Part shown: in pieces, positions 20,223 through 29,910 of the stretch
Numbering within the stretch: position 1 is the stretch's first letter
Layout of the letters: every line of letters begins with the position of its first letter
Source of the DNA: a virus
Direction: 5' to 3' (one strand)
Virus record (IMG/VR): IMGVR_UViG_3300030119_000590
Location: 13,353 to 77,352 of that record
DNA: 64,000 nt
The notes under the pieces: generated by a model
What the model saw: the letters and a program-made list of their open reading frames with translations, nothing else
What the model was told of the DNA's origin: nothing
Database searches by the model: none
Made by a program: the position numbers and the translations under genes

Positions 20223-20747
20223 ATGAAAGTAACAGAATATAGTAGATATAAAGATGACCCTTTTTGGATGAAGTCAAAATATGACGGAGTTTCTGGTGAA
20301 CAACGATTACCAGTTCAGCGCAGATTGAGAAAGGGTGGTGTTAAGTTTAAAAAAGGTGATGAAATACTATATTACCCAAAAGGCAAAGTAATATTAGTTG
20401 GAAAAGAAGCAGAGAAAGCATGGAGAGATTTCCAAGCAGCTGCACAAGACGAAGATTTTTATATGTCTCAATATGAGGAGTCAAAAATGGAAAAAACAAA
20501 TGAAATAAAAATAACAAGTCAAGAATACAAAAAAGCAATCAATTTTATGTCTGATATGCACTCTAGTATCTTGAAAGCAAAAGACAAGGTAATTAGATTC
20601 TTACAACGCAAAGGGTTTGATGAAATGGCAGATGAACTACTTGGTATGTCCAAAGGGGAGTATAATAATTTCATAGCAAGAAGGGTTTACGAACAAAAAC
20701 TTAGAAATCAAATTCGTTCGATTCTATCTGAATTACTTAAAAAGTAA
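20223..20747 (+). CDS. Hypothetical two-module protein
   Basis: Translationally coupled ORF with GGAGG SD; ends in an EQKLRNQIRSILSE helix. Confidence 0.6.
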   Translation: MKVTEYSRYKDDPFWMKSKYDGVSGEQRLPVQRRLRKGGVKFKKGDEILYYPKGKVILVGKEAEKAWRDFQAAAQDEDFYMSQYEESKMEKTNEIKITSQEYKKAINFMSDMHSSILKAKDKVIRFLQRKGFDEMADELLGMSKGEYNNFIARRVYEQKLRNQIRSILSELLKK

Positions 20748-23237
20748 ATGACACAACTCAACACAGAATCTTACACAGCAGATCTTACACAATATATGCT
20801 AGGAGATTTGCTGACAGAAGCACCTAGAATTACAAAGGTGATTGGGATATATCCAGGCAGATTTCAACCTGCTGGTTTGCACCACTATAAAACATATAAG
20901 TGGCTGGACAAACAATTTGATGAAGCATGGGTAGCTACAAGCAACAAAACAGATGCAACCAAAAGTCCGTTGAACTTTAAAGAAAAGAAAATGATATGGA
21001 CAAAACACAAAGTAAAAAATGTTGTTCAAGTCAAAAACCCATATGTATGCGAGGAGTTGCTTGAAAATTATGATCCAGAGACAACTGCGGTAGTATATAT
21101 ATTCGGTGCGAAAGATGCCGGTCGTCTTAAAACCAAAAAGAAAGATGGAACACCTGGTTATTATCAATCATACGAAAAGAACAAAAACAATTTAGAACCA
21201 TATGCCAAACACGGATATTTTATCGTTGCTCCTCACGTGAGCATTAAAGTTCTTGGAAAGGAAGTAAATGGAACATATATCCGTGAACTTCTTGGTAGTC
21301 CAAAATATACAGATGCACAAAGAGTAGAAGCATTTGAGCAATTGTTCGGTTGGTATGACGAAAAGATTTATGTGTATTTGAAAAAGAAGTTCAGTACTTT
21401 GTTTGAGAATGAGGAAATTATTGAGGGGTTTTTACAAGAGTATCCTAAGTTTGAAGAACTTGTTAATTCGTTTCCACAACTTCTTAACGAAATCAGTACC
21501 GTTATGGGAATGGGCAAAGCAATGGTGGATGACGGTCCTGCTGGATATTATCCAGGTACTTCATATGAATCTCATACCGCAAGCAGAGCAAAACAACTTG
21601 GTTATGATGTTCTTGATTTTATCGTTGGAAAAAACGGAATAGGTAGAAACGCAGACTACCGAGAGTGGGGTGAGTACGCAGGTCCTGTACCAGCAGTTTC
21701 ATTCTTTCAGTCAGGAGACCGTGGTAAGAAAAGTCCCACAAACCAAGTTGATATAGACAATACTAAACAGGCACATGATGCGTGGGTAAAATTTATAGAA
21801 GGTGTTGCGGAAACTGCGGGATACAAAATAATAGATTTCCTTGGAACAAATAAAGCAATTGATAGAAGAATAGAGAGATATGAAGATAGAATTGAGAAAA
21901 ATTCACATACTATCAAAGAACCAACTAATAAGACTTTAAACGAAAATACTTTGTTAACCGAGGGTGGTGCAGCGGGTCACATGAGTCATCCGTTTGATGA
22001 TCGTGATTTAACATTTGCTGATTTAAAAGAAATGATTCGTAGATCACTTGCGGGAGAATTAAACGTTGAGAAAGAAGTTACCGAAAAACTTGATGGTCAA
22101 AATTTAATGTTTTCTTGGAAGGGTGGTCAACTAGTGGCAGCTAGAAACCAAGGACATTTGAAAAACGCAGGTGCAGCTGCTCCGACTGTATCTGAATTTG
22201 AAGACATATTTGCTGATCGTCCTGAGAATATTCGTGACGCATTTGTAAGTGCGGTTCAAGATTTGGAATCGGCAATTTCAAAGTTAAGTGATGCTCAGAA
22301 GAATAAGGTATTTAAGGAAGGAGAACGTTTTATGAACATTGAGGTGATGACACCTGCAACTCAGAATGTCATTCCACAGAATGTTGATATGCTCGTATTT
22401 CACGGAACTCAAGCATACGACTCTGCCGGCAAACCTGTTTTTGAAGACTCCGATGGAAATGATATTAGTGGTGAACTCAATGACTCTGCTCGTATGTTAA
22501 GTGGGATGCTTCGTCAAATAAACGCAGATGTACAAAGCCGTTATTCATTGAACGCACCGATTGTTGTTAATCTTCCAAAAAGTAAAACTTTTGGTGATTC
22601 TTATGAAAAATATTCAAAGATGCTGAATAAACTTAAAAATGAATTCAAGTTAAAAGACAATGACAAGGTTATGAAGTATCACGATGCATGGTGGAGAAAT
22701 CTTTTGGACAAACAACAAAGTAAATTAAAAGAGATATTTCCATCAAATGTGTATGAAGCACTAATAGGTAGGTGGGCATACAACGATAAATCAAACAAGA
22801 TTACAACGATACGCATGGACTTGTCTAACCAACCCAAACTACTTGCGTGGGTAAACAAATTTGAAAAAGAAGATATAGTAAAGCAGTTTGAAGCAAATAT
22901 GTGGCCATTTCAATTTATCTTTTTGAAACTAGGTGCAGAAGTACTTCAAAATGTCCGTGGGTTTGTAGCAGCTGGTGGAAGTGACGATATTGCAACTGCG
23001 TTAGATGCTCATGTAAAAACTTTAGAAAGCAAAAAGTTAAGTTCAGTAGAGTCACCTGATAAGTTCAAAAAAGACATGGAAAAACTTAACAAGAATCTGA
23101 AAAAATTAAACGACATAGGTGGAACTAAAGCAATTGCTCCGAGTGAAGGTGTTGTATTTCAATATAAAGGTGGTACATATAAGTTGACGGGAACATTTGC
23201 TCCGATTAATCAAATTATGGGAATAATGAGATTCTGA
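20748..23237 (+). CDS. Cytidylyltransferase-like (HIGH-superfamily) domain plus C-terminal ligase-like nucleotidyltransferase domain
   Basis: YPGRFQP..xHH at the N-terminus; C-terminal EGGAAGHMSHP...TEKLDG (KxDG), EGVVF, YKLTG, resembling ATP-dependent ligase motifs I, IV and V. Confidence 0.7.
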   Translation: MTQLNTESYTADLTQYMLGDLLTEAPRITKVIGIYPGRFQPAGLHHYKTYKWLDKQFDEAWVATSNKTDATKSPLNFKEKKMIWTKHKVKNVVQVKNPYVCEELLENYDPETTAVVYIFGAKDAGRLKTKKKDGTPGYYQSYEKNKNNLEPYAKHGYFIVAPHVSIKVLGKEVNGTYIRELLGSPKYTDAQRVEAFEQLFGWYDEKIYVYLKKKFSTLFENEEIIEGFLQEYPKFEELVNSFPQLLNEISTVMGMGKAMVDDGPAGYYPGTSYESHTASRAKQLGYDVLDFIVGKNGIGRNADYREWGEYAGPVPAVSFFQSGDRGKKSPTNQVDIDNTKQAHDAWVKFIEGVAETAGYKIIDFLGTNKAIDRRIERYEDRIEKNSHTIKEPTNKTLNENTLLTEGGAAGHMSHPFDDRDLTFADLKEMIRRSLAGELNVEKEVTEKLDGQNLMFSWKGGQLVAARNQGHLKNAGAAAPTVSEFEDIFADRPENIRDAFVSAVQDLESAISKLSDAQKNKVFKEGERFMNIEVMTPATQNVIPQNVDMLVFHGTQAYDSAGKPVFEDSDGNDISGELNDSARMLSGMLRQINADVQSRYSLNAPIVVNLPKSKTFGDSYEKYSKMLNKLKNEFKLKDNDKVMKYHDAWWRNLLDKQQSKLKEIFPSNVYEALIGRWAYNDKSNKITTIRMDLSNQPKLLAWVNKFEKEDIVKQFEANMWPFQFIFLKLGAEVLQNVRGFVAAGGSDDIATALDAHVKTLESKKLSSVESPDKFKKDMEKLNKNLKKLNDIGGTKAIAPSEGVVFQYKGGTYKLTGTFAPINQIMGIMRF

Positions 23238-24763
23238 TGAAAACTGTTTCGGAAAAGCAAATTTCTAGAGCAACTAGAAAGAAAATGGCAAGAGTGGCTA
23301 AACGCACTCAAAAGAAACGTATGATGGCCAAGAAACGAATGGCCAAGAGGGTGAAAAATCCAAAACAACTCAGACAACTTGCACAAAAGCAAGCAAAGGC
23401 AATTGTTGTTAAAAAAATGACCGGTGGTAAAAGTTATTCTCAATTACCGATTACTGCAAAAGAAAAGATTGAAAAAAAACTTTCCAAGAAACCTGGTTTG
23501 ATAAATCGTATTGCGAAAAAGTTGATGCCGAAAGTAAAAGCAAAAGAAAAGAAAAGACTTGCGAAAGTTCGTGCTCAAAATAAACCAAATCCACTCACAG
23601 AGGTTGAGACTTCTTATTCATCAAAAGACGGCAAACATGGGGTGTTGACACTTAATGTAAATGGTTCTCAACCAGAAGTATCGGCACGATATGTGAATGG
23701 AAATTTAGAACCTTATGTTTTTAAAACAAGAAAAGATGCCAAGAAACATACCGACAAGGTTGGTGGAAAACCATTTGAGTCAATGGATACTGGGTTGTTT
23801 TATGTGGAGTTTACTAGATTAGATGGTCCGGTGAGTGAGCAAAGTGCAGATGGCATGAAAGTGAAGAATCCTGAAACTGGTCGGAATATAAAAGTAAGTT
23901 CTGCGTTGGCATATGGAACAGACGAACCTGTTTACAAAAAGGCCGTGTCACTTGTATCTAAGGCAAAGGATGTAGTAAAAAAGAAAATTCCAAAAAAACA
24001 AGCAATTAAGAATGGTATTAAAGATTTTTTTAAAAAAGCATCAACTGAGAAAGATGAAACTGTTCAGTCGATGAAAATTCTTTCAAAGTATGCAACGGGT
24101 AAAAAAGTGTCCGATGACGAAAAAAAATATGTAGCAGACCAATTCAAGGACATAATGAAAATGGCAGGTATGGGAGCAGTTGCAGCTGCTCCTGGAGGGT
24201 CAATTGCAGTTCCATTGTTGGTAAAGGCTGCAAAGAAAATGAATGTTGATTTGATGCCTTCTGCATTTCAAAAAGAGAATTTTACCACCGAGGGTATTGA
24301 CTATAAGACTGCAAACGAAATAAAGAAAGATTGGAAGAAGCAATATCCCAACGATAAATTTACTTTCAAAAAAGTTCGTGCCAAGGGAAATGAATTTCTT
24401 ATGGTGTTATCTCCAAAAGGTGTTGAACTTGAAAGATATCAATTTGTACCAAAAACAGGATGGACTGAAATGAACGAAAATAAAGATAACGAGAAAGATG
24501 TAAAAGAATTAAAAGCAATGCTTGATATTGCAAAAATGCTTAGTGATAAAAGTCCATACTTTAAGGGTCGTGGTAGCAAAAAGGAATACATCAAGATGCT
24601 TGTCCACAAAATACAAAAATTGTCGGAAGCAAAAAAGCAAAAGTTGATGACAAAAATGGATGCTTACAAAAAAGTGAGGAAACCTATTATGCCTAAAAGC
24701 AGACCCATGAAAAATAAAAAGGCATACGATAGAAAAGATTTAAAGAAAGGCAAATATGATTAA
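23237..24763 (+). CDS. Basic modular protein (Lys/Arg-rich N-terminus, NPETGR motif, LETM1-like helical module)
   Basis: Highly basic first ~115 aa; KVKNPETGRNIKVSSAL; ETVQSMKIL...QFKDIMK...AAPGGSIAVPLL resembles LETM1-related domains. Confidence 0.55.
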   Translation: MKTVSEKQISRATRKKMARVAKRTQKKRMMAKKRMAKRVKNPKQLRQLAQKQAKAIVVKKMTGGKSYSQLPITAKEKIEKKLSKKPGLINRIAKKLMPKVKAKEKKRLAKVRAQNKPNPLTEVETSYSSKDGKHGVLTLNVNGSQPEVSARYVNGNLEPYVFKTRKDAKKHTDKVGGKPFESMDTGLFYVEFTRLDGPVSEQSADGMKVKNPETGRNIKVSSALAYGTDEPVYKKAVSLVSKAKDVVKKKIPKKQAIKNGIKDFFKKASTEKDETVQSMKILSKYATGKKVSDDEKKYVADQFKDIMKMAGMGAVAAAPGGSIAVPLLVKAAKKMNVDLMPSAFQKENFTTEGIDYKTANEIKKDWKKQYPNDKFTFKKVRAKGNEFLMVLSPKGVELERYQFVPKTGWTEMNENKDNEKDVKELKAMLDIAKMLSDKSPYFKGRGSKKEYIKMLVHKIQKLSEAKKQKLMTKMDAYKKVRKPIMPKSRPMKNKKAYDRKDLKKGKYD

Positions 24764-25112
24764 ACTCATGGATGCAGTTATTGGGACGGTAAGTGACAAA
24801 GTAACAATTTCCGTGCAAATAAACAAAACCAAACACGCAGGTGAACGTCAGTCAAGACACGATCATATGCAAATATCCGAAAAAGATATTATGAATGTTG
24901 CGGATAAAGCAATTCCTGATATATCAAAGGCATTGTTGTTTGACAGAATAGATGTTGGTGATTATATTCATGTAAAAGATAAAAAAAGTGCGTTGAATTT
25001 AATTGGAATATTACAAGAAAAATCACCGTTTAATCTGATGTTTGTAATAATGACTGTTATGATAAAACCTAACTTTATAGCAAAGAAGGGAACTTACACT
25101 ATAATTGTGTAA
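24756..25112 (+). CDS. Hypothetical protein (HAxER motif, possible small RNase-like fold)
   Basis: Overlaps the upstream stop; TKHAGERQSRH followed by beta-rich C-terminus. Confidence 0.5.
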   Translation: MIKLMDAVIGTVSDKVTISVQINKTKHAGERQSRHDHMQISEKDIMNVADKAIPDISKALLFDRIDVGDYIHVKDKKSALNLIGILQEKSPFNLMFVIMTVMIKPNFIAKKGTYTIIV

Positions 25113-25128
25113 TGTAATATTTATAATA

Positions 25129-26481
25129 ATGAATTTTTCTAGAAGAAAGTTTTTGCGAACCGCAGGAGCAACACTTAGTTTACCATTTTTTCCTTCCTTA
25201 CTCAGTGGTAAGTCTGATTCTATACTTCCACATAAAAAATTGGTTATGATGTATATACCTAACGGAATACTTCGTAGTAACTTTTTTCCTAACGAACTTG
25301 AAAAAGAACTTCCAAAGTTTATTGGTGGGTTCAATGCCGATAAAACTAAAGATAAAGTAAGAATAGCAAATGAACCTGGAGTTTACCCATTGGAATTAAC
25401 TCCAACAATGAAACCTTTACAGAAGCATATAAAAGATATATCGTTGGTTACTGGATTAGATAGAACATATAAAAATGGTCAAGATGTTCATGCTCAAGGT
25501 GCGTCATGTTATTTAACAAGTGTATCTCCTGAACAGGCTGCCGACAAAGGAATGAAATATCCAAACGGAAGAAGTCTAGACCAAGTGATAGGAGACAAAG
25601 TGGGACACACTACGGCATACAATACTCTTGAAATAAGTTGTAATGGATTCACTTCTGGTAAAGAAGATATATTTTTTGATAATATTTCATGGTATGGTCC
25701 GGGTAAAATAGCTCCATCAATCAGAAGTCCTCGTAAGTTGTATGATAGATTGTTTATGTCAGACTCTTACAGAACCCATATAAATGATGTAACGGATTTA
25801 ATTTTGGCAGATGCAAATTCAATCAAAGGAAAATTAGGTTCTGCTGATAAAAATTCAATGGAAGAGTTTCTTGATATGATAAGAAATATTGAGGTTCGTA
25901 TAAGCAAACTGGATGAAATAATAAAAAATGCTGACATTAAACAGCCTACAAATGAAATTTTACCAAGAGGTCAGTACATAAAACTTCAAGCAGATATGAT
26001 GTTGTTGGCAATGCAAATGGGAATAACGAATGTCAGCACATTTATGATTGGTCCCGAAAGATGGGATGCCACTCTTTTTTATGAAGGTGTGTTTGATAAT
26101 CCTGTTCAACACCACAACATGACTCATAATCAACAAAGAGAAGAAGAAGGATTAAAGAAAATTGATTTATTTCACATTGAACAATTTTCATATGTAATTT
26201 CAAAAATGAAAGAAATCAAAGAAGCAAACGGAACAAGTTTATTTGATAATTCTTTGATTACTTATGGTGCAGGTCTTGGTGATGGAGCAACACATCAATA
26301 TTTTGATTTGCCGATGATTGTTGCGGGTCTGGGTCAGAATCAAATTAAACAAGGAAGGTATATTCAGTGCAAGAGTGGGACATTGAATTCAAATTTATGG
26401 TTAACTTTAGCAAATTTAATGGGACTCGAAATCAGCTCTTTTTCAGATAGTAACGGAGTCATTTCTGACTTATGGACATAA
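25129..26481 (+). CDS. DUF1552-family protein with Tat signal peptide
   Basis: MNFSRRKFLRTAGATLSLPFFPSL; MYIPNG; SLDQVIG; ISWYG; LYDRLF; GTSLFDNSLI.YGAGLGDG..H...DLPMIVAG. Start taken as ATG 25129. Confidence 0.85.
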   Translation: MNFSRRKFLRTAGATLSLPFFPSLLSGKSDSILPHKKLVMMYIPNGILRSNFFPNELEKELPKFIGGFNADKTKDKVRIANEPGVYPLELTPTMKPLQKHIKDISLVTGLDRTYKNGQDVHAQGASCYLTSVSPEQAADKGMKYPNGRSLDQVIGDKVGHTTAYNTLEISCNGFTSGKEDIFFDNISWYGPGKIAPSIRSPRKLYDRLFMSDSYRTHINDVTDLILADANSIKGKLGSADKNSMEEFLDMIRNIEVRISKLDEIIKNADIKQPTNEILPRGQYIKLQADMMLLAMQMGITNVSTFMIGPERWDATLFYEGVFDNPVQHHNMTHNQQREEEGLKKIDLFHIEQFSYVISKMKEIKEANGTSLFDNSLITYGAGLGDGATHQYFDLPMIVAGLGQNQIKQGRYIQCKSGTLNSNLWLTLANLMGLEISSFSDSNGVISDLWT

Positions 26482-26484
26482 ACG

Positions 26485-26895
26485 GTGGCGGTAATGAAAA
26501 AACTTAATGGTAACATTTATTTAAAGGTTGAAGAAATCGAAAAGTATATAGACGAGGTGACAATAAGATTCAAAACATCACATCGTACACCTTTTCCTAG
26601 CAGTATTAGATATTTAGATGTTGAGTTCGTAGACCGAATCAAAGAAGAAGCAAAAAACTTATCTCTATCAATGAACTATCTATATGGATATGGTGAACAA
26701 TATGCTTCGATTAAATCAATTAAACAAAAAATATTAGAAAGATTTAGAGAAGAAGATTCATGCGAAGATACTTTACACTTTATGCAATATGACCTTTCAC
26801 AAACACAGAGAATAAAATATAGAACACTTTATGAAAACTTTTTGATAAACGTATTTCTTGAAGAGTGCTTGGTAAAACTTAGAAATGTATCATAG
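26485..26895 (+). CDS. Hypothetical protein
   Basis: 136-aa ORF directly after DUF1552. Confidence 0.5.
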   Translation: MAVMKKLNGNIYLKVEEIEKYIDEVTIRFKTSHRTPFPSSIRYLDVEFVDRIKEEAKNLSLSMNYLYGYGEQYASIKSIKQKILERFREEDSCEDTLHFMQYDLSQTQRIKYRTLYENFLINVFLEECLVKLRNVS

Positions 26896-26898
26896 TAT

Positions 26899-26927
26899 TT
26901 GACAAAACATAAAAAGAATGGAATAAT
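26899..26927 (+). promoter_or_regulatory. Putative sigma70 promoter
   Basis: TTGACA-17nt-AATAAT before ATG 26934. Confidence 0.5.
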
Positions 26928-26933
26928 ATTGTT

Positions 26934-27548
26934 ATGGCTAAAATGGACAAAGATGATTTAAAAAGTGTGATTAAAAAATCACGCAAATTATTTAAAGGAG
27001 AAGAACTTCCCAAAGTACATGGTTACGAAGGAGAAGTTGAAGAACTCGTTATTCGTCAACCTGGAGAAATATGGACAGACAAAGACGGAAAAGAATGGAA
27101 GCAAATCGGTTCTAGTACAAAAGTTAGAACTGAGACTATGATGGACAAAGTCAGAAAATCACTTCGTCAATGTCCTGCTTGCAATAAGGATATAGATCAA
27201 ACCTATTTGAATAAACGAATGATGGCAATACGAGGTATGTGCTTTGATTGTGTACAGGAGTTTGAAGCAAAACTTAAAAAAGAAGGCAAGTATGAAGATT
27301 ATGAAAAGAAAACTTTGCTTGAAAATGAAAGAAGTTTTTTGGTAGAAACCAGAGTAAAGTTAGTGGAATCAAAAGAACACATTGCATCAAATCCTGAGTT
27401 TATGAATGAAGACGGAAGTTTTGAACAGTGGAATTTACCAAATAAAGATAAAATTTTAGAAGACCTAAACTCTGACTTAGAGGAGTTAGAAAAACGATTG
27501 AGTGAAGTTGAATCAGAGTTAATTCCGTTTGAGGGAATGAAATTTTAG
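26934..27548 (+). CDS. Zn-finger/coiled-coil protein upstream of terminase (small terminase candidate)
   Basis: CPAC...CFDC; position immediately before TerL. Confidence 0.5.
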   Translation: MAKMDKDDLKSVIKKSRKLFKGEELPKVHGYEGEVEELVIRQPGEIWTDKDGKEWKQIGSSTKVRTETMMDKVRKSLRQCPACNKDIDQTYLNKRMMAIRGMCFDCVQEFEAKLKKEGKYEDYEKKTLLENERSFLVETRVKLVESKEHIASNPEFMNEDGSFEQWNLPNKDKILEDLNSDLEELEKRLSEVESELIPFEGMKF

Positions 27549-27600
27549 ACGATACCACCGACTTTTTGTAAAAAAAAGTGTATATACGTATTTATAGAGG

Positions 27601-29199
27601 ATGGCAAATAACAATCCTCCACTCCGTGAAATAATCAAGAAAGAGTATGCTGAGTGTTTAAAATCACCTGCATACTTTATGAAAAAGTATTGTAAGATTC
27701 AGCATCCTACACTTGGTACAATTCCGTTTAATTTATACGACTTTCAAACAAAGACTCTTGATAGTTTTCGTGACGAACAATTTAACATTGTTCTGAAAGC
27801 ACGGCAAATGGGTATTTCTACACTTGTGTCTGGATATGCATTGTGGTTAATGACATTTTTTACCGATAAGTCAATTTTATGCATTGCAATCAACCAGGAG
27901 ACCGCAAAAAACATTGTTACAAAGGTAACTCATATGTCTGAGCATTTACCAAGTTGGTTACGAAGTGAATGCACTGAAAAAAATAAATTAAGTATGAGGT
28001 TTAGAAACGGAAGTAGTATTCGTGCAGCTTCAAGTAGTGTTGATGCTTCTCGTTCTACATCTTTGAGTTTACTCATCGTAGACGAGTGTGCGTTCATTTC
28101 AAATATGGAAGATATTTGGACTGCATCGCAATCTACAATTACAACCGGTGGTCGTTCTATATTACTTTCAACTCCAAATGGAATAGGTAACTTCTTCCAT
28201 AAAACATGGGTTGGGTCAATGGACGGTTCTAACGATTTTAATCCAATTAAACTTCATTGGAATTTACATCCTGACCGAACACAAGAGTGGAGAGACTTAC
28301 AAACAAAGTTATTGGGTGACAAAGATGCAGCCCAGGAATGTGATTGTGACTTCATAAGCAGTGGTCGTTCGGTTATTGATGCAGATATAGTAGAATGGTA
28401 TAAATCGAATAGTATGAAAGAACCACTTGAGAAACGTGGTATAAACAAAGAATATTGGTTATGGGAATATCCTGATCATTCGAAAGACTATGTTGTTGCA
28501 GCTGATGTTGCCCGAGGAGATGGAAAAGATAAAAGTGCTTTTCATGTGTTTGATGTTGAGAATTTGGTTCAAGTTGCAGAGTTCCGTGGTGATATGGAAA
28601 CAAAAGATTACGGAAATCTACTTGTTGCGGTGGCAAACGAATACAATGGTGCATTGCTCGTTGTGGAAAATGCGAATATTGGTTGGGCAGTTTTGCAACA
28701 AATATTAGACAGAGGTTATAGCAATTTATATTATACTCAACGAGATTATCAATATGTAGATGAACTTGCTCAACATACCAACAAACTTAATCGCATGGAA
28801 AAGAAGCAAGTTCCTGGATTCACAACATCCGTCAAAACTCGACCTCTGATCATCAGTAAAATGGAAAGTTATGTCCGTGAAAAAGAAATCGTAATAAATT
28901 CAGAAAGAACGATTGAAGAAATGTTTACTTTTATATGGAACGGAATGAAAGCAGAAGCAATGCCTGGTTACACCGATGACTTGGTTATGAGTTTGTGTAT
29001 TTCTTTATGGGTAAGAGATACTGCACTTAGATTTAGGTCGGAAAATATGAATACTCAAAAATCAATGTTTGATTATATGGGTTCAACCACAAACTTGGAT
29101 ATGGGTGATGCTTATCTTAGGTCTGGACTAAAAAGCAATCCATACGAAATGAAAAATCCACACGGAGAAAGTGAAAACTTGGATTGGCTATTAAAATGA
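27601..29199 (+). CDS. terL: Terminase large subunit (T4 gp17-like)
   Basis: LKARQMGIST Walker A, LLIVDECAF Walker B, STPNG, nuclease AADVARG..D and DDLVMS. Confidence 0.95.
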   Translation: MANNNPPLREIIKKEYAECLKSPAYFMKKYCKIQHPTLGTIPFNLYDFQTKTLDSFRDEQFNIVLKARQMGISTLVSGYALWLMTFFTDKSILCIAINQETAKNIVTKVTHMSEHLPSWLRSECTEKNKLSMRFRNGSSIRAASSSVDASRSTSLSLLIVDECAFISNMEDIWTASQSTITTGGRSILLSTPNGIGNFFHKTWVGSMDGSNDFNPIKLHWNLHPDRTQEWRDLQTKLLGDKDAAQECDCDFISSGRSVIDADIVEWYKSNSMKEPLEKRGINKEYWLWEYPDHSKDYVVAADVARGDGKDKSAFHVFDVENLVQVAEFRGDMETKDYGNLLVAVANEYNGALLVVENANIGWAVLQQILDRGYSNLYYTQRDYQYVDELAQHTNKLNRMEKKQVPGFTTSVKTRPLIISKMESYVREKEIVINSERTIEEMFTFIWNGMKAEAMPGYTDDLVMSLCISLWVRDTALRFRSENMNTQKSMFDYMGSTTNLDMGDAYLRSGLKSNPYEMKNPHGESENLDWLLK

Positions 29200-29233
29200 T
29201 ATTTATGTAAAAACAACTAACAGGAGACAAAAC

Positions 29234-29842
29234 ATGATAAAAACGCCGAATATACTCATAGCAATGGGATTACTATTTTTTACAGGAGGATGTGCAACAC
29301 AATCCTTACTTCCGACTCAAGGGGTATATACGGAGTCAACATTTGAAACTTATACACAAGTTGAAGGTGTAGTTGATAAAATTGTGGTCGGAAAAACCAA
29401 ATACTCGGATTTGGTAAATCTAGGTCTTGACTTGGAAAATATTCCAAATGTTAAAAGACTTACTTACCTTGATGTGATGAGTAAGTTTAAATTAGATAGT
29501 CCGTCACGATTTACGTTGTTTAATAAAATTGAATTGCCAGCTGGTGTTTTGAAGATGTTGGCCGCAAAAGAGGAAGGTAGAGCATATGAAATAAATTTAG
29601 AACGACTTAAAAATCAAAGAGAAGGAAGTGTTTTTCTAGATGTGCTTAATTTTAGAAAAACAATACACACAACAGGTTGGCAAATAAGTGTATTGATTCT
29701 TATTGTAGATGATACGGTTGAATATGTGCTATATTCTGGTGAAAAAAATATAGACAGAACAGAAAAAGAAAGAAACCCACTCGGACCGTTTCAAGGTTTT
29801 GACGGAGGGGATATCGTAGGAGCCGCAACTGAATTAAAGTAA
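29234..29842 (+). CDS. Lipoprotein
   Basis: Signal peptide with lipobox-like FTGG-C at residue 20; AGGAG SD. Confidence 0.7.
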   Translation: MIKTPNILIAMGLLFFTGGCATQSLLPTQGVYTESTFETYTQVEGVVDKIVVGKTKYSDLVNLGLDLENIPNVKRLTYLDVMSKFKLDSPSRFTLFNKIELPAGVLKMLAAKEEGRAYEINLERLKNQREGSVFLDVLNFRKTIHTTGWQISVLILIVDDTVEYVLYSGEKNIDRTEKERNPLGPFQGFDGGDIVGAATELK

Positions 29843-29857
29843 ATACATATATATTTA

Positions 29858-29886
29858 TTGACAATCAGATATTTATTACATACAAT
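29858..29886 (+). promoter_or_regulatory. Sigma70-type promoter interleaved with ATATTTAT boxes upstream of portal
   Basis: TTGACA-17nt-TACAAT. Confidence 0.6.
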
Positions 29887-29910
29887 AAAAGACTTATAAG
29901 GTTATAATTT

